The notes below the pieces were generated by a model. That model did not search any database, was not told the DNA's origin, and saw only the letters and a program-made list of their open reading frames with translations. A stretch of 60,641 nt of DNA, from the NCBI GenBank assembly GCA_036019775.1, contig JAYXXD010000002.1, positions 1-60,641 on the forward strand, in the 5' to 3' direction. The stretch comes from Thermoplasmatota archaeon (GTDB lineage: Archaea; Thermoplasmatota; Poseidoniia; Poseidoniales; Poseidoniaceae). Made by a program: the position numbers and the translations under genes. Shown piece by piece: positions 17,243-26,302 of the stretch (the first letter of the stretch is position 1; every line of letters starts with the position of its first letter).

Positions 17243-17957
17243 TCAATCGAAGCATTTCGAAATACAACCAAATGACTGTTACCATGACGCCGAAGGCACC
17301 CCACCACTCCTGTTGTTTGGGAGCCCCCATTCGAACGCCCGAATCAATCATTCCAAAATTTGAGATGAGCATCAAGGAAGCGATAGTAATGATGAACAGG
17401 CTAATGCCGATGCCAATTGGTCCGGATGAGTGTAGGAAAGGAACTGTCCACGGTGTGAGAAAGACCAGGAAGATGTTGATGAAATAGACAAGGAAAATCG
17501 ATCCTGCAAGTGTAAATACAATCTTGTTGAAAGTTGGCGTAGGTCGAAGAATCCCCACTGAATAGATTGTCAACATGCAGACGACAACAGCGAATGTAGC
17601 GAGTCCAGCCTGTATTGCGATGCCGGGATACGTCAACTCGAAAAAGAGCGTAAGTGGTCCTATGAAGAGGCCTTCAAGGGCGGCATATACAATGACAAAA
17701 GTTGCAGGTTCTGTAGGTCTGGAAAACCAAAGGTAGAACCCCATTCCAAATGTTGCAAACATGCCGAACATCATCATTGGGACAAGAAGCGTGGGCATGA
17801 TGTAGCCGAGTACAACCGATCCAACTGCACTTGCGGTTGCAATTCCGAAGAGAATTCCAGTTTTTTGCAATGTTCCTTCAAGTGTCATTCGGTCATTACC
17901 TTGAATCGTATTCCAAAATTTTGGTTGAAAGACAGGGTTCGTTGAGTTGTATGCCAT
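17217..17957 (-). CDS. BAX inhibitor-1/YccA family membrane protein
   Basis: About 7 TM helices with the typical charged C-terminal end (YFEMLRLIAKLRDSR). The start was trimmed to MAYNSTNPVF at 17957. The upstream part of the track ORF overlaps the neighbouring giant gene. Confidence 0.7.
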   Translation of the reverse strand: MAYNSTNPVFQPKFWNTIQGNDRMTLEGTLQKTGILFGIATASAVGSVVLGYIMPTLLVPMMMFGMFATFGMGFYLWFSRPTEPATFVIVYAALEGLFIGPLTLFFELTYPGIAIQAGLATFAVVVCMLTIYSVGILRPTPTFNKIVFTLAGSIFLVYFINIFLVFLTPWTVPFLHSSGPIGIGISLFIITIASLMLISNFGMIDSGVRMGAPKQQEWWGAFGVMVTVIWLYFEMLRLIAKLRDSR

Positions 17958-17997
17958 GTGTCTGCTTGGAGACGGTCCTTTGTGAAGGTTGCGCGGA

Positions 17998-20900
17998 TTA
18001 ACTGTGTTCAGCGACCTGTTGTTGGTAGTACTCTTCCAATTGGTCGAGTGTCCAACCATGGTCGAGGTACTGTTGCAACATTTCTTCAGTCCAACCGGGG
18101 AACCTCTCAAGGTCGTTGGCGAGAGGTGATGCTTCATCTTCACTTCGTCCATCCAAAACAGGCTGTTCCCATTCCGAGTTGGTTCCAACAACATCATCGA
18201 TGTGTTGTTCCGTAACCCAATCCTTTGTCGCCTCAGTTTCTTTGCGAGATTGAACGATACCATAGACCGCTCCAACGAGCAAGAGAAGGCCACCTAGCAT
18301 CAGAATCAACATGAAATTTTCTCCAAATCCTTCTTCGGCTTCTCCAGCAGCATCACCTGCTTTTTGATTTCGTTGATCGGAAGAACAACCGGAAACATCG
18401 GTTGGTGTTTCTGCAGGCGTATCCGGGCATTCATCATTCGCATTAAGCACACCATCTTGATCATCATCGACACTCGTTTGATTTGTTGTTCCGTTATTGG
18501 TATCAATTGGTTCGATACCACCGAGGTCGCAACCTAAGGCACTTGCTTCGTCAACACCATCTCCATCAGCATCAGCTAAGTTGATTGCATCCCTGGGCGA
18601 TACATCGTCGACATTTTGGTTAAGAGCAGTCGCTTGAGCCCAACTCACTTCAACAGCATCTGGAATACAATCTCCATCGGTATCTGAATTCAATGGGTTG
18701 CCTCCTAGATTGTATTCATCGAGGTTGGATAGACCATCATCGTCGTTGTCCATATCTGCCTCAAGTTCGCCATTGTGCATCGAAATCGTTCGATTCAATC
18801 CATTGTTGACTTCAAAGATATCCGGCATTCCATCATTGTCCGTGTCTGTGACATTATCAAGACGATTCCAATCGGCATACCATGATTCAATGAATGGAGC
18901 TGCAACCACTGTTGAAGTGATAATGAGGCCCATTTCTCGATTGCGAACCATGGCGGAGTCTCCCCAATTGATGCTTGAAATGAGAACGGACTCTCCATCA
19001 ACAATCGCGCCCTTGTTGTGCAATTTCATAACATCATCATCCTCGCTCATGATGACAGCGGAAGCATCCCAACCATTGGTGATGTTCCAATCGTTGTTGA
19101 TTCGATCAACAACATCTTGAATGTCCTCATCGAGATAGGCTCCGTTGATAATGAGGCGTATCGATACTCCATCAGTAGCGGCTTGTTCCAAAGCTGAAAC
19201 CAGTGGATTTTCTCCCCAGCCCCATTTCCAATCCAAGTCAAGGTACTGAAGCGAAAGTAGGATTTCACTATCAGCAGATTGAATCAATTCAGTCAAGCCT
19301 TCAACACAATCATCAGGACATGTGAGGAGTTGGCCACTGAATGTGCCTGTGAGGGCATCAGCAGTCGCCTGATCAATGACTTGGGCATCGGGGATGACAT
19401 AGGAAATTGTCGGTTGAGTCGAGGAAACTGCTTGCACATGTCTTGAGTTTTCATCGAAAGCCATGTTCGCTTTGACATTGGCCGCAAGTTGTGCACTGTC
19501 GACTAGTATACCCCAGTCACGGTTACCTCGATCACCTTCGTATGGGAGTGAAGATGGTTTCCAGTTTCCAGAACCAATCCAAACCGAGGTATCGTCACGG
19601 ACTGCTACCTTCGAATGGAGGTAGAGGTAAGGGTCGTCTCCTGAGCCTCCAAACCAATGAACTTCGACACCAGCCGACTTCAATGCGTACGCATACGCTT
19701 TCTGTGCCTGATTATCGTTCGAATTCCACCAATCCTCGGGTTCATTGAGGACCACAACAACATCAACTCCTCGGTTTTTCGCATCGATTAGTGCCTGAGT
19801 AATTTCACTGGATTGTAGGATATACAGGTGAACGTGGAGAGAAGTCTGAGCCCCATCAATCCAGTTAATGATGTCCATCAAACCATGTTCGGGTGCAATA
19901 AGTGGAGTGATCTTAGTTGCATCATCAAATCCAGAGTCTTGACAGAAATCGCTTGCGCCCAATCGACCCCATCGCTGATGCCAATCAACGGATTGGTTCG
20001 TGTCTGTCAAGAGTCCGCATCCATCGCCCCGATATAGGATAAGATTGTCAATACCACTTACTGGCTCTGAAAGGGAGACGCCACTCCAGCCTTCGCTGTC
20101 AACGGGCCCGTTCTTGTAGACGATGGTATCTGCGATGACGCCCGTTGGATGGATGAGTTGCAAGGCCATTCCGCTGTCGAGCAGGAAGATTGGATTCTCC
20201 ATTGCAATACCCATGTCGATGATGTTTCCATCTTCGAACAATTCCAAAGCGGCCACATCGTTGGAGAGTTTTACCGACGAACCTGCGTCAAGCTGCAAAT
20301 TCGTAATGTCCGATTCAAACGATGATCCGTCCGAAGCGATCCGCTTAAGTTTCCATCCATTGAGGATTGCGGATTCAGTACCAATATTGGTAAGCTCAAA
20401 GAATTCCATTTCAGTTGATATTGAGGAGACTCCATCCCACATGATCGAACTAAATTTGATGTCATCAATGGATGCCATCATACTTGCATCTGGTTCTGGA
20501 GACCCTGGAGTTGGCCACATGAATTCAATCCATTCTTGATTTGTCTCGTTGTATCCGTAGGTTGCACAAGTCGTACTTAGATGTGAAGCAGGAGGTGCTA
20601 TTGTGAGGACTAGTTCACCATCTGGATTGAGGACATTCATGGTGTTTACATCGTCCAAATCAGGGCCGAAGATGTCGTGCTGAAGTTCGACAGCAACTCG
20701 CTCCATCGGCGAAAGAATTGCATCTGATGTGGAATCGTAAAGCATGTTCGCATCGATAAACTGACGTCCCATCAGAGGATTGGTAGCATAATCAGCATGC
20801 AATATCCATCGACTCAAATTGATCTCACTGCTTCCATTATTGTACAACTCGATCCAATCGGCTGCGGGTTGGAATGTTGGAAGGTCGCAAGCGGTTGCAA

Positions 20901-22953
20901 TTTCGGTGACGAGGAGATCTTCGCTTCCTGAATAGGCAGGCCATACTGGATTTTCCTCGCCCGGTGTTGACCAAGCACTGTTGAGCCAATCGATCTCGCT
21001 CCACGTAGTGGATGATGATGGTGCATTGGTTCCGGATGGACCTGCTCCTGCGTGTGTTTCTGTATGGTTGATGAGGGATACGCCTTCGAGCGTATGTGTC
21101 CATTGCGCAGAATGGACCGCTACTCCGTTGCCATCGTAAAGGAAAATTTGGTCAGGTGTCGTGTGTTTCAGATAGAATTGTGACGTACCATTCAGAGCGA
21201 TGAGGGTCGTTTCTCCAGGCTGAAGAACGGTGTCAGATTTCGATGGCATGTTGTATTGGTGGAGAATGAGCGTTCGTCCCGTTGCAGAGAACCTCCAACC
21301 GGCAACATCGACTTCTTCTGCACCCATGTTTCGGATTTCGAGCCACTCTCCATCGGGGTAGGATGCGGAATCGCTTCCAACAGCATCTGGCAGAACTTCT
21401 GTGATTTTCACATCACCTGTCGTTGGTGTAGGTGTTGGTTCGGGTTGACCGGGAGAGGGTGTGACAGATGGAGTCCATGGGTCATGGTAATTTTGTCCAC
21501 GCACCAATGAAATGTCTGGCCCGTAGTTGGTCGTGTAATGTCCCATGTCGGCAATGGTTCCAGACGAATCTCGAACCACGACATGGTTGTAGTTATCCCA
21601 GAGACGTGTGTCGGCTGTAAATTCAACAAGTCTTCGTTCACCAGCATTGATCATCGTACTACCTTGTGAACTGTTGACAACGATAGAACCAGGGTCGAGG
21701 AACGTAACATTGCCCATGCCATCAATAATCGACCAGCCATTCAAATCAACATCAATTGTCCCTGTATTGTAAAATTCAACCCATTCACCATCAGGTGCAG
21801 AGGTTCCATCCATTGTGCTGACAGGGTAGATTTCGTTCAAGACGACATCGCCTGTTGAAGTAATTTCATCGATTTTTGGTGCGTTCGTTGCATTTGGAGT
21901 CGGATAGGTTGAGTATTGCCACATTGCTCCATTTGGAGATGCTTCAAGAGAAAATCCTGGTTGATTGGAACTCCACATGACCTCATGGCCGATGCTTCCG
22001 TTTGCAAGGTAGAGTCTCAGAGTTTCCTGTCCATTGTTCAAAACACCACTGTTTGACGTTGAGTTGACCGCAACAATTCTTGTTTCTTGAGGATGGATAA
22101 GAAGTGATGACACATCACTCGATGCTCCAACCAAATGACCTTCATCCAGCAGAATCATATTTCCTGCAATATCCTGCAACCAGTATCCTGTAAGGTCGAT
22201 GGTAGAAGTGCCGTTGTTGTACAGTTCAACCCATTCACCTCCGGGCCAAGTTTCGTTGTCATAACTTGGCCATGGGTCTGCCATGACTTCGTTAATGATG
22301 ACATCACTTTGTGCATACGTTGGACCACCAGTGCCTCCGCCTCCACCGGAGTTGATGGAACCGGGAGTCGGATTGGATGTAGGTATCCAGTCGTTGTAAG
22401 CATTTGCAGGGTCCTCTTCAAGACTTACACCACTTGAACTGGAATTCCATGTCGCTTCATCAACCCAACTGTTCGATGAATCGTAGAGCGTCATGAAATC
22501 ATTCGAGTTTGCAACATAGAAAACCGAATTTGGTGTTCCGTTCCGAGCCACAATCATGTAATCGCCTGGAGCGATTGTGTAGGTTGATGGATTGCTTGCA
22601 TTGTAACCAACGATGGAAGCAGAATCTAGCGTCAGTACTTTCGATGCCTTGTTTGAAAAATACCAGTTGCGAACATCGACAGACGCTGTTCCACCGTTGT
22701 ACAATTCGAGCCACTCGCCATTTGGCCATGCTGCATCATCGTACCCGTTTGGATTCGGCATAACTTCGTTGATGCAGACTGAACCTCCACAAGGCTGAGC
22801 GCGAGCCGAAACTGCTTCAGAAGGTTCGACAAATGGCGTAAGCGGTACCAACATCATCAGGCAAATAAGGAAAATCGGCTCAAATCGCATATGGCATCGT
22901 CGAATCAATCCACCGCCTTCCCCCTCATATCTTTTGGTGCGGGGAATCCTCAT
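17998..22953 (-). CDS. Giant tail-anchored surface protein: signal peptide, six lamin-tail domains (LTD), two PLD-type HKD domains, TSP3-like Ca-binding repeats, TM anchor, ~85-aa cytoplasmic tail
   Basis: 1651-aa ORF. An alternative start is MRFEPIFLI at 22890. Six copies of the LTD pattern (I/V)NE(V/I)...PDGEW(V/L)E(L/F)YN.G...(V/I)(D/N)L.GW. HKD motifs LHSKVAVRDDTSVWIGSGNW (His codon 19615-19617) and LHNKGAIVDGESVLISSINW (His codon 19018-19020). Asp-rich loops DTDNDGMPD and DTDGDCIPD. TM FMLILMLGGLLLLVGAVYGIV. Confidence 0.8.
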   Translation of the reverse strand: MRIPRTKRYEGEGGGLIRRCHMRFEPIFLICLMMLVPLTPFVEPSEAVSARAQPCGGSVCINEVMPNPNGYDDAAWPNGEWLELYNGGTASVDVRNWYFSNKASKVLTLDSASIVGYNASNPSTYTIAPGDYMIVARNGTPNSVFYVANSNDFMTLYDSSNSWVDEATWNSSSSGVSLEEDPANAYNDWIPTSNPTPGSINSGGGGGTGGPTYAQSDVIINEVMADPWPSYDNETWPGGEWVELYNNGTSTIDLTGYWLQDIAGNMILLDEGHLVGASSDVSSLLIHPQETRIVAVNSTSNSGVLNNGQETLRLYLANGSIGHEVMWSSNQPGFSLEASPNGAMWQYSTYPTPNATNAPKIDEITSTGDVVLNEIYPVSTMDGTSAPDGEWVEFYNTGTIDVDLNGWSIIDGMGNVTFLDPGSIVVNSSQGSTMINAGERRLVEFTADTRLWDNYNHVVVRDSSGTIADMGHYTTNYGPDISLVRGQNYHDPWTPSVTPSPGQPEPTPTPTTGDVKITEVLPDAVGSDSASYPDGEWLEIRNMGAEEVDVAGWRFSATGRTLILHQYNMPSKSDTVLQPGETTLIALNGTSQFYLKHTTPDQIFLYDGNGVAVHSAQWTHTLEGVSLINHTETHAGAGPSGTNAPSSSTTWSEIDWLNSAWSTPGEENPVWPAYSGSEDLLVTEIATACDLPTFQPAADWIELYNNGSSEINLSRWILHADYATNPLMGRQFIDANMLYDSTSDAILSPMERVAVELQHDIFGPDLDDVNTMNVLNPDGELVLTIAPPASHLSTTCATYGYNETNQEWIEFMWPTPGSPEPDASMMASIDDIKFSSIMWDGVSSISTEMEFFELTNIGTESAILNGWKLKRIASDGSSFESDITNLQLDAGSSVKLSNDVAALELFEDGNIIDMGIAMENPIFLLDSGMALQLIHPTGVIADTIVYKNGPVDSEGWSGVSLSEPVSGIDNLILYRGDGCGLLTDTNQSVDWHQRWGRLGASDFCQDSGFDDATKITPLIAPEHGLMDIINWIDGAQTSLHVHLYILQSSEITQALIDAKNRGVDVVVVLNEPEDWWNSNDNQAQKAYAYALKSAGVEVHWFGGSGDDPYLYLHSKVAVRDDTSVWIGSGNWKPSSLPYEGDRGNRDWGILVDSAQLAANVKANMAFDENSRHVQAVSSTQPTISYVIPDAQVIDQATADALTGTFSGQLLTCPDDCVEGLTELIQSADSEILLSLQYLDLDWKWGWGENPLVSALEQAATDGVSIRLIINGAYLDEDIQDVVDRINNDWNITNGWDASAVIMSEDDDVMKLHNKGAIVDGESVLISSINWGDSAMVRNREMGLIITSTVVAAPFIESWYADWNRLDNVTDTDNDGMPDIFEVNNGLNRTISMHNGELEADMDNDDDGLSNLDEYNLGGNPLNSDTDGDCIPDAVEVSWAQATALNQNVDDVSPRDAINLADADGDGVDEASALGCDLGGIEPIDTNNGTTNQTSVDDDQDGVLNANDECPDTPAETPTDVSGCSSDQRNQKAGDAAGEAEEGFGENFMLILMLGGLLLLVGAVYGIVQSRKETEATKDWVTEQHIDDVVGTNSEWEQPVLDGRSEDEASPLANDLERFPGWTEEMLQQYLDHGWTLDQLEEYYQQQVAEHS
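20074..22782 (-). repeat. Array of six tandem LTD (lamin tail domain) modules inside the giant CDS (protein-level repeat)
   Basis: Module starts were read at about aa 58, 218, 370, 515, 680 and 832 of the ORF. Each has the NE-x...GEW-x-E-x-YN core. Confidence 0.7.
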
Positions 22954-22957
22954 AATT

Positions 22958-24460
22958 TCAGATGAAACCGAAACTATCTGCCATCTGTGCGAACGTGTAA
23001 ATCATGATGGGAACGAGGATGATTCCCATTCCGTGGCTTCGTCGAATTCCGATACGTGGGGGCATGAGTCCAAGAATGGTTCCCACAATCAGAACGCCAA
23101 TACCTACAAACCCTGTCGAAAGCCAAACCAATGCAGTGACGAAAATGATGACGCCCATCACCATGGATTGCAAAGGTATCGCTGCATGGAGTCTAAGCAT
23201 ACCTTTACCTACGATTTTCATGATCGGCATCGCCATAATTCCAGCTGCAAGCGTTACGGCGAGAAGTCGAACAAAATCAGCAGTAGGTTGAGTTGAGTTC
23301 CAAGTTTCAATTGGATACATCATTTTCAGAGCGAGCGTAGCACCTGAACGTGATCTGCCAATGATGTACAAAAATCCGAGAACCATTACAGTCACTGCAG
23401 TGTTCACAGCTGACAGGATTGCAATGACTTCCAAGTCCTGCTTCGTTTGCGGACCTTCATATCCGTCCTCTGCTTCTGCAACTGCAATTTCCAACAATTC
23501 CTCATCGCTGAGTTCAGTCAAGCGTCGAGTTTCCCAGTCCATGCCATATCCTTCTTTCCCTTGCACTTTGGCTGCGACATTGCGACCTCCCATTACCAGA
23601 ACGGTAGCTTGAGATGCGGTCATACCCGGCAACACGCCCATGCTTGCACCTGCTACAGCGGACCAGAAACACGGTGCAATGAGGGGTTTAACAGGGGGCA
23701 AATCCCAGTTCTCTTTTTGGGGGGGGAGATGGCTTGTTGTTGCATAGATGTCGAGGAGATTGGCAATGCCAAACAAACCGGCCAAACTTGGAAGCAACAG
23801 GGAAGGCGATGGCATCCCAACTGGGCTATCGACCGGCAGTTCAAACACAGCCCATCCATACAATCCAGCAAGCAAAAAGAAGACTGTTGCAGCAAAGAAT
23901 CCAGCCAGTCGACTGTCCTTTCCAAGGCGCTTTCGTGTAAGCTTTTGCACCCATTTCGGCCAATCAAGACGAGTTGTTTCAGTAGCAAGAAGAAGAAGTG
24001 ATATCACGAGAAGAATAACTGGAAGCCAATCTCTCAGCCCGTCGTACCAATTCAATTCAGGGCCAAAGGCAATTCGAGCAACAACGATGAGGGGTAGAGA
24101 TAGAAACAGGCCAAGTTGTGACCCTCTCGCTGACCATGCAACACCACGAGCAGCATTACCAGCAAGCAACATCCGATGGCCTGGAAGTAACGACAACGCT
24201 GTATCTCCATCAGGTGCGCCAATCAACGCTGAAGGGATATAATTCAAAAACGTGTGAACGGTTCCTGTCGATACGATAATGGCCGCCACTGCTGACAGAG
24301 GTATGCCTAATTCCAGTAGTCCTGGTGAGAGTGCGAGTAGAATCAATGCGACGTTGTTAACGTGGAAACCGGGAATCAATCCAGTAAGAGATCCAAGCAA
24401 GACTCCGAAGAACAAGGCGCCCAAGAGCCACCAGAGTTCGTAGAAGTAGGCTTCAATCAT
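22958..24460 (-). CDS. TctA-family (DUF112) polytopic membrane protein / putative permease
   Basis: 500 aa with about 12 TM helices. It has the duplicated G-x-(I/L)PG motif typical of TctA/DUF112 (GSLTGLIPGFHV and GASMGVLPGMTASQ). Gaps are 8 nt to the upstream gene and 4 nt to the downstream ORF. Confidence 0.6.
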   Translation of the reverse strand: MIEAYFYELWWLLGALFFGVLLGSLTGLIPGFHVNNVALILLALSPGLLELGIPLSAVAAIIVSTGTVHTFLNYIPSALIGAPDGDTALSLLPGHRMLLAGNAARGVAWSARGSQLGLFLSLPLIVVARIAFGPELNWYDGLRDWLPVILLVISLLLLATETTRLDWPKWVQKLTRKRLGKDSRLAGFFAATVFFLLAGLYGWAVFELPVDSPVGMPSPSLLLPSLAGLFGIANLLDIYATTSHLPPQKENWDLPPVKPLIAPCFWSAVAGASMGVLPGMTASQATVLVMGGRNVAAKVQGKEGYGMDWETRRLTELSDEELLEIAVAEAEDGYEGPQTKQDLEVIAILSAVNTAVTVMVLGFLYIIGRSRSGATLALKMMYPIETWNSTQPTADFVRLLAVTLAAGIMAMPIMKIVGKGMLRLHAAIPLQSMVMGVIIFVTALVWLSTGFVGIGVLIVGTILGLMPPRIGIRRSHGMGIILVPIMIYTFAQMADSFGFI

Positions 24461-24468
24461 GTTATCAC

Positions 24469-26211
24469 CTACGATTGTTCGATGTATTCCTGACGGTCAC
24501 TCGTTCCATCGCCATCAGTATCCTCAGTGTTGGAACTCGTACCAAATGCGGATTCAAGTGCGTCGCTCAAGCCGTCGTTGTCCTTGTCATCGACATCTGC
24601 GTCATTCAAGGTGTAGACCATCGACAACGAATTGGCATCCTCTGTTTGTCGAAGTCGACCCTCCCAGGTCATTGCAGTGCCGATATGCAATTCATCCAAA
24701 CCGATGCAGTTGTTGACGGCTTGCAAACGAATCCGCTTATCGCTGCCCGGTTCAGAAAGGTACCACGTACCGTTTTCCTCGGTTGCTAATCCATTGATTC
24801 GAACAATCTTGTTCTTATCGTATCCCCAGTTTGTTGCTCCGTCTGACCAAAGCAGGTTCATTGGGCTCGCTTTTTGCCCTTCAGAGTACTCATGAACCAA
24901 CAATTCTGCACGCATGTTCTCATCATCCCATGCCACTGAAACATTTGCAATGATTTCTTGACCCGCTTCAAGCCAAGATGATCTGGGTCCGGGAATCGTT
25001 ACGGCGATGCTTGTCCAACCTGGAGTGTATCCCGGAGAATCGACGAAGTATGCTCCTTCATCTTCGACACTCGGCTCGAGTGCGTATTTCATGTAAGCAG
25101 AAACAACATAACGTTTCGTGGAATCTTGTAAAGCCTCACTAGGGTTTGCGCTGAGGAGTAGTAACAAATCGTCGATACTTGATGTCGCTGTTAACTCATC
25201 GTTCATTGAGCCACCTTTGTCAAGACACCACGATGAAATTGCGGTATTCCAAACCAAACGTCCCCGCATTTGTATCGCAAGTCCCTCCCATTGTTCCGAA
25301 TTACTGAGATCTTCATCGCTGGGTAGGACACATAGCGGGGATCCAGCAGAACCTGAAAGCCACCAATCACCGTTTTCGATTGACAGTACGCCAGCAACAT
25401 CGACGGTACTTCCTGCCTGATACATCCATGTGGATTGACCAGCCCAGTCAAGCAACGGAATTTCAACCGGGTGATTTCGATCGAGAAGAATCTCTGGTCC
25501 TTGAACGTGGATGCTCCATCGAAGGTCTCGTTGTTGGTACGAAAGAATGCCTTGCACTGTAACTTTCGATCCTGATTCAATCCACTCACCGGTGGATGAA
25601 TGCATGATCATGTGCATTTGATGTTCAGAATTGCCGTAGGTTGGATGATCTCCGAGGTATGCGCTGTTAAACGATACATCGGGTGCAATTGATTCAGAAA
25701 GAAAACCAGTGAGTTGAATGACTTCACCAGCGTATGCCTCAGGTTCAAGAGCGACATCTGAAATCGAAAGTAATGGTGCATCTGGTATGTCTTCTTGATC
25801 CCAATTCATAGCTCCAGCACCAAGTGCTTGGAGCCACATGCGTCCTTCGTACTCGATGACGTCACCAATCACAGTTACATTCGTGCCGATAGGGGGCAAT
25901 TCCGCAGGGCGATACCATCGGAGTTCGACGACTCCTGTTCCGTCATCGATAATCGCATCGAGACGATCATCTCCTGAATTGTATGGATCTTCAACCCAAG
26001 AGATGAGCTGACCCTCTACTTTGACAACCTCATTGATGTAATCTGTGAGTTCATCAACGTCGACAATCGATGGTTCTCGAACCATTGCATACCAATTCAA
26101 GGTTGCTACAAGAAATAATGAAATCGCAAACATGACCCATAAACGAGGTCCGTTGGTTTCGGGGTCGTCGGTCGATAATCGAGCAAGGAAGCCTTTCAGA
26201 CCATCTGCCAT
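24469..26211 (-). CDS. N-terminally anchored extracellular protein with about five OB-fold-like repeats and a C-terminal TSP3-like Ca-binding motif
   Basis: 580 aa. TM LWVMFAISLFLVATLNWYAMV. Repeated pattern V.V.G.L....(D/N)G.W.L......(I/L).(L/V)........G..V.V.G.L. An example is VKVEGQLISWVEDP...IIDDGTGVVELRWY...GTNVTVIGDVIEYEGRMWL. C-terminal motif DKDNDGLSD...DTDGDGTSD. Confidence 0.55.
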   Translation of the reverse strand: MADGLKGFLARLSTDDPETNGPRLWVMFAISLFLVATLNWYAMVREPSIVDVDELTDYINEVVKVEGQLISWVEDPYNSGDDRLDAIIDDGTGVVELRWYRPAELPPIGTNVTVIGDVIEYEGRMWLQALGAGAMNWDQEDIPDAPLLSISDVALEPEAYAGEVIQLTGFLSESIAPDVSFNSAYLGDHPTYGNSEHQMHMIMHSSTGEWIESGSKVTVQGILSYQQRDLRWSIHVQGPEILLDRNHPVEIPLLDWAGQSTWMYQAGSTVDVAGVLSIENGDWWLSGSAGSPLCVLPSDEDLSNSEQWEGLAIQMRGRLVWNTAISSWCLDKGGSMNDELTATSSIDDLLLLLSANPSEALQDSTKRYVVSAYMKYALEPSVEDEGAYFVDSPGYTPGWTSIAVTIPGPRSSWLEAGQEIIANVSVAWDDENMRAELLVHEYSEGQKASPMNLLWSDGATNWGYDKNKIVRINGLATEENGTWYLSEPGSDKRIRLQAVNNCIGLDELHIGTAMTWEGRLRQTEDANSLSMVYTLNDADVDDKDNDGLSDALESAFGTSSNTEDTDGDGTSDRQEYIEQS

Positions 26212-26302
26212 GACTCGTCCTGAGGCTCAATGAAGAATATCCTTTCCATCAGCCTTTTTGCAAAGAGATGCCTTGAAATGATAGTCATGGACAGCATTTA
26301 CC

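Noticed and set aside
17958-18293. 5' extension of the BI-1 family ORF (track ORF 17217..18293)
   Set aside because: It overlaps the 3' end of the giant LTD-PLD gene in another frame and is rich in Ser/Asn/Lys low-complexity sequence. The BI-1 TM core starts after MAYNSTNPVF at 17957.
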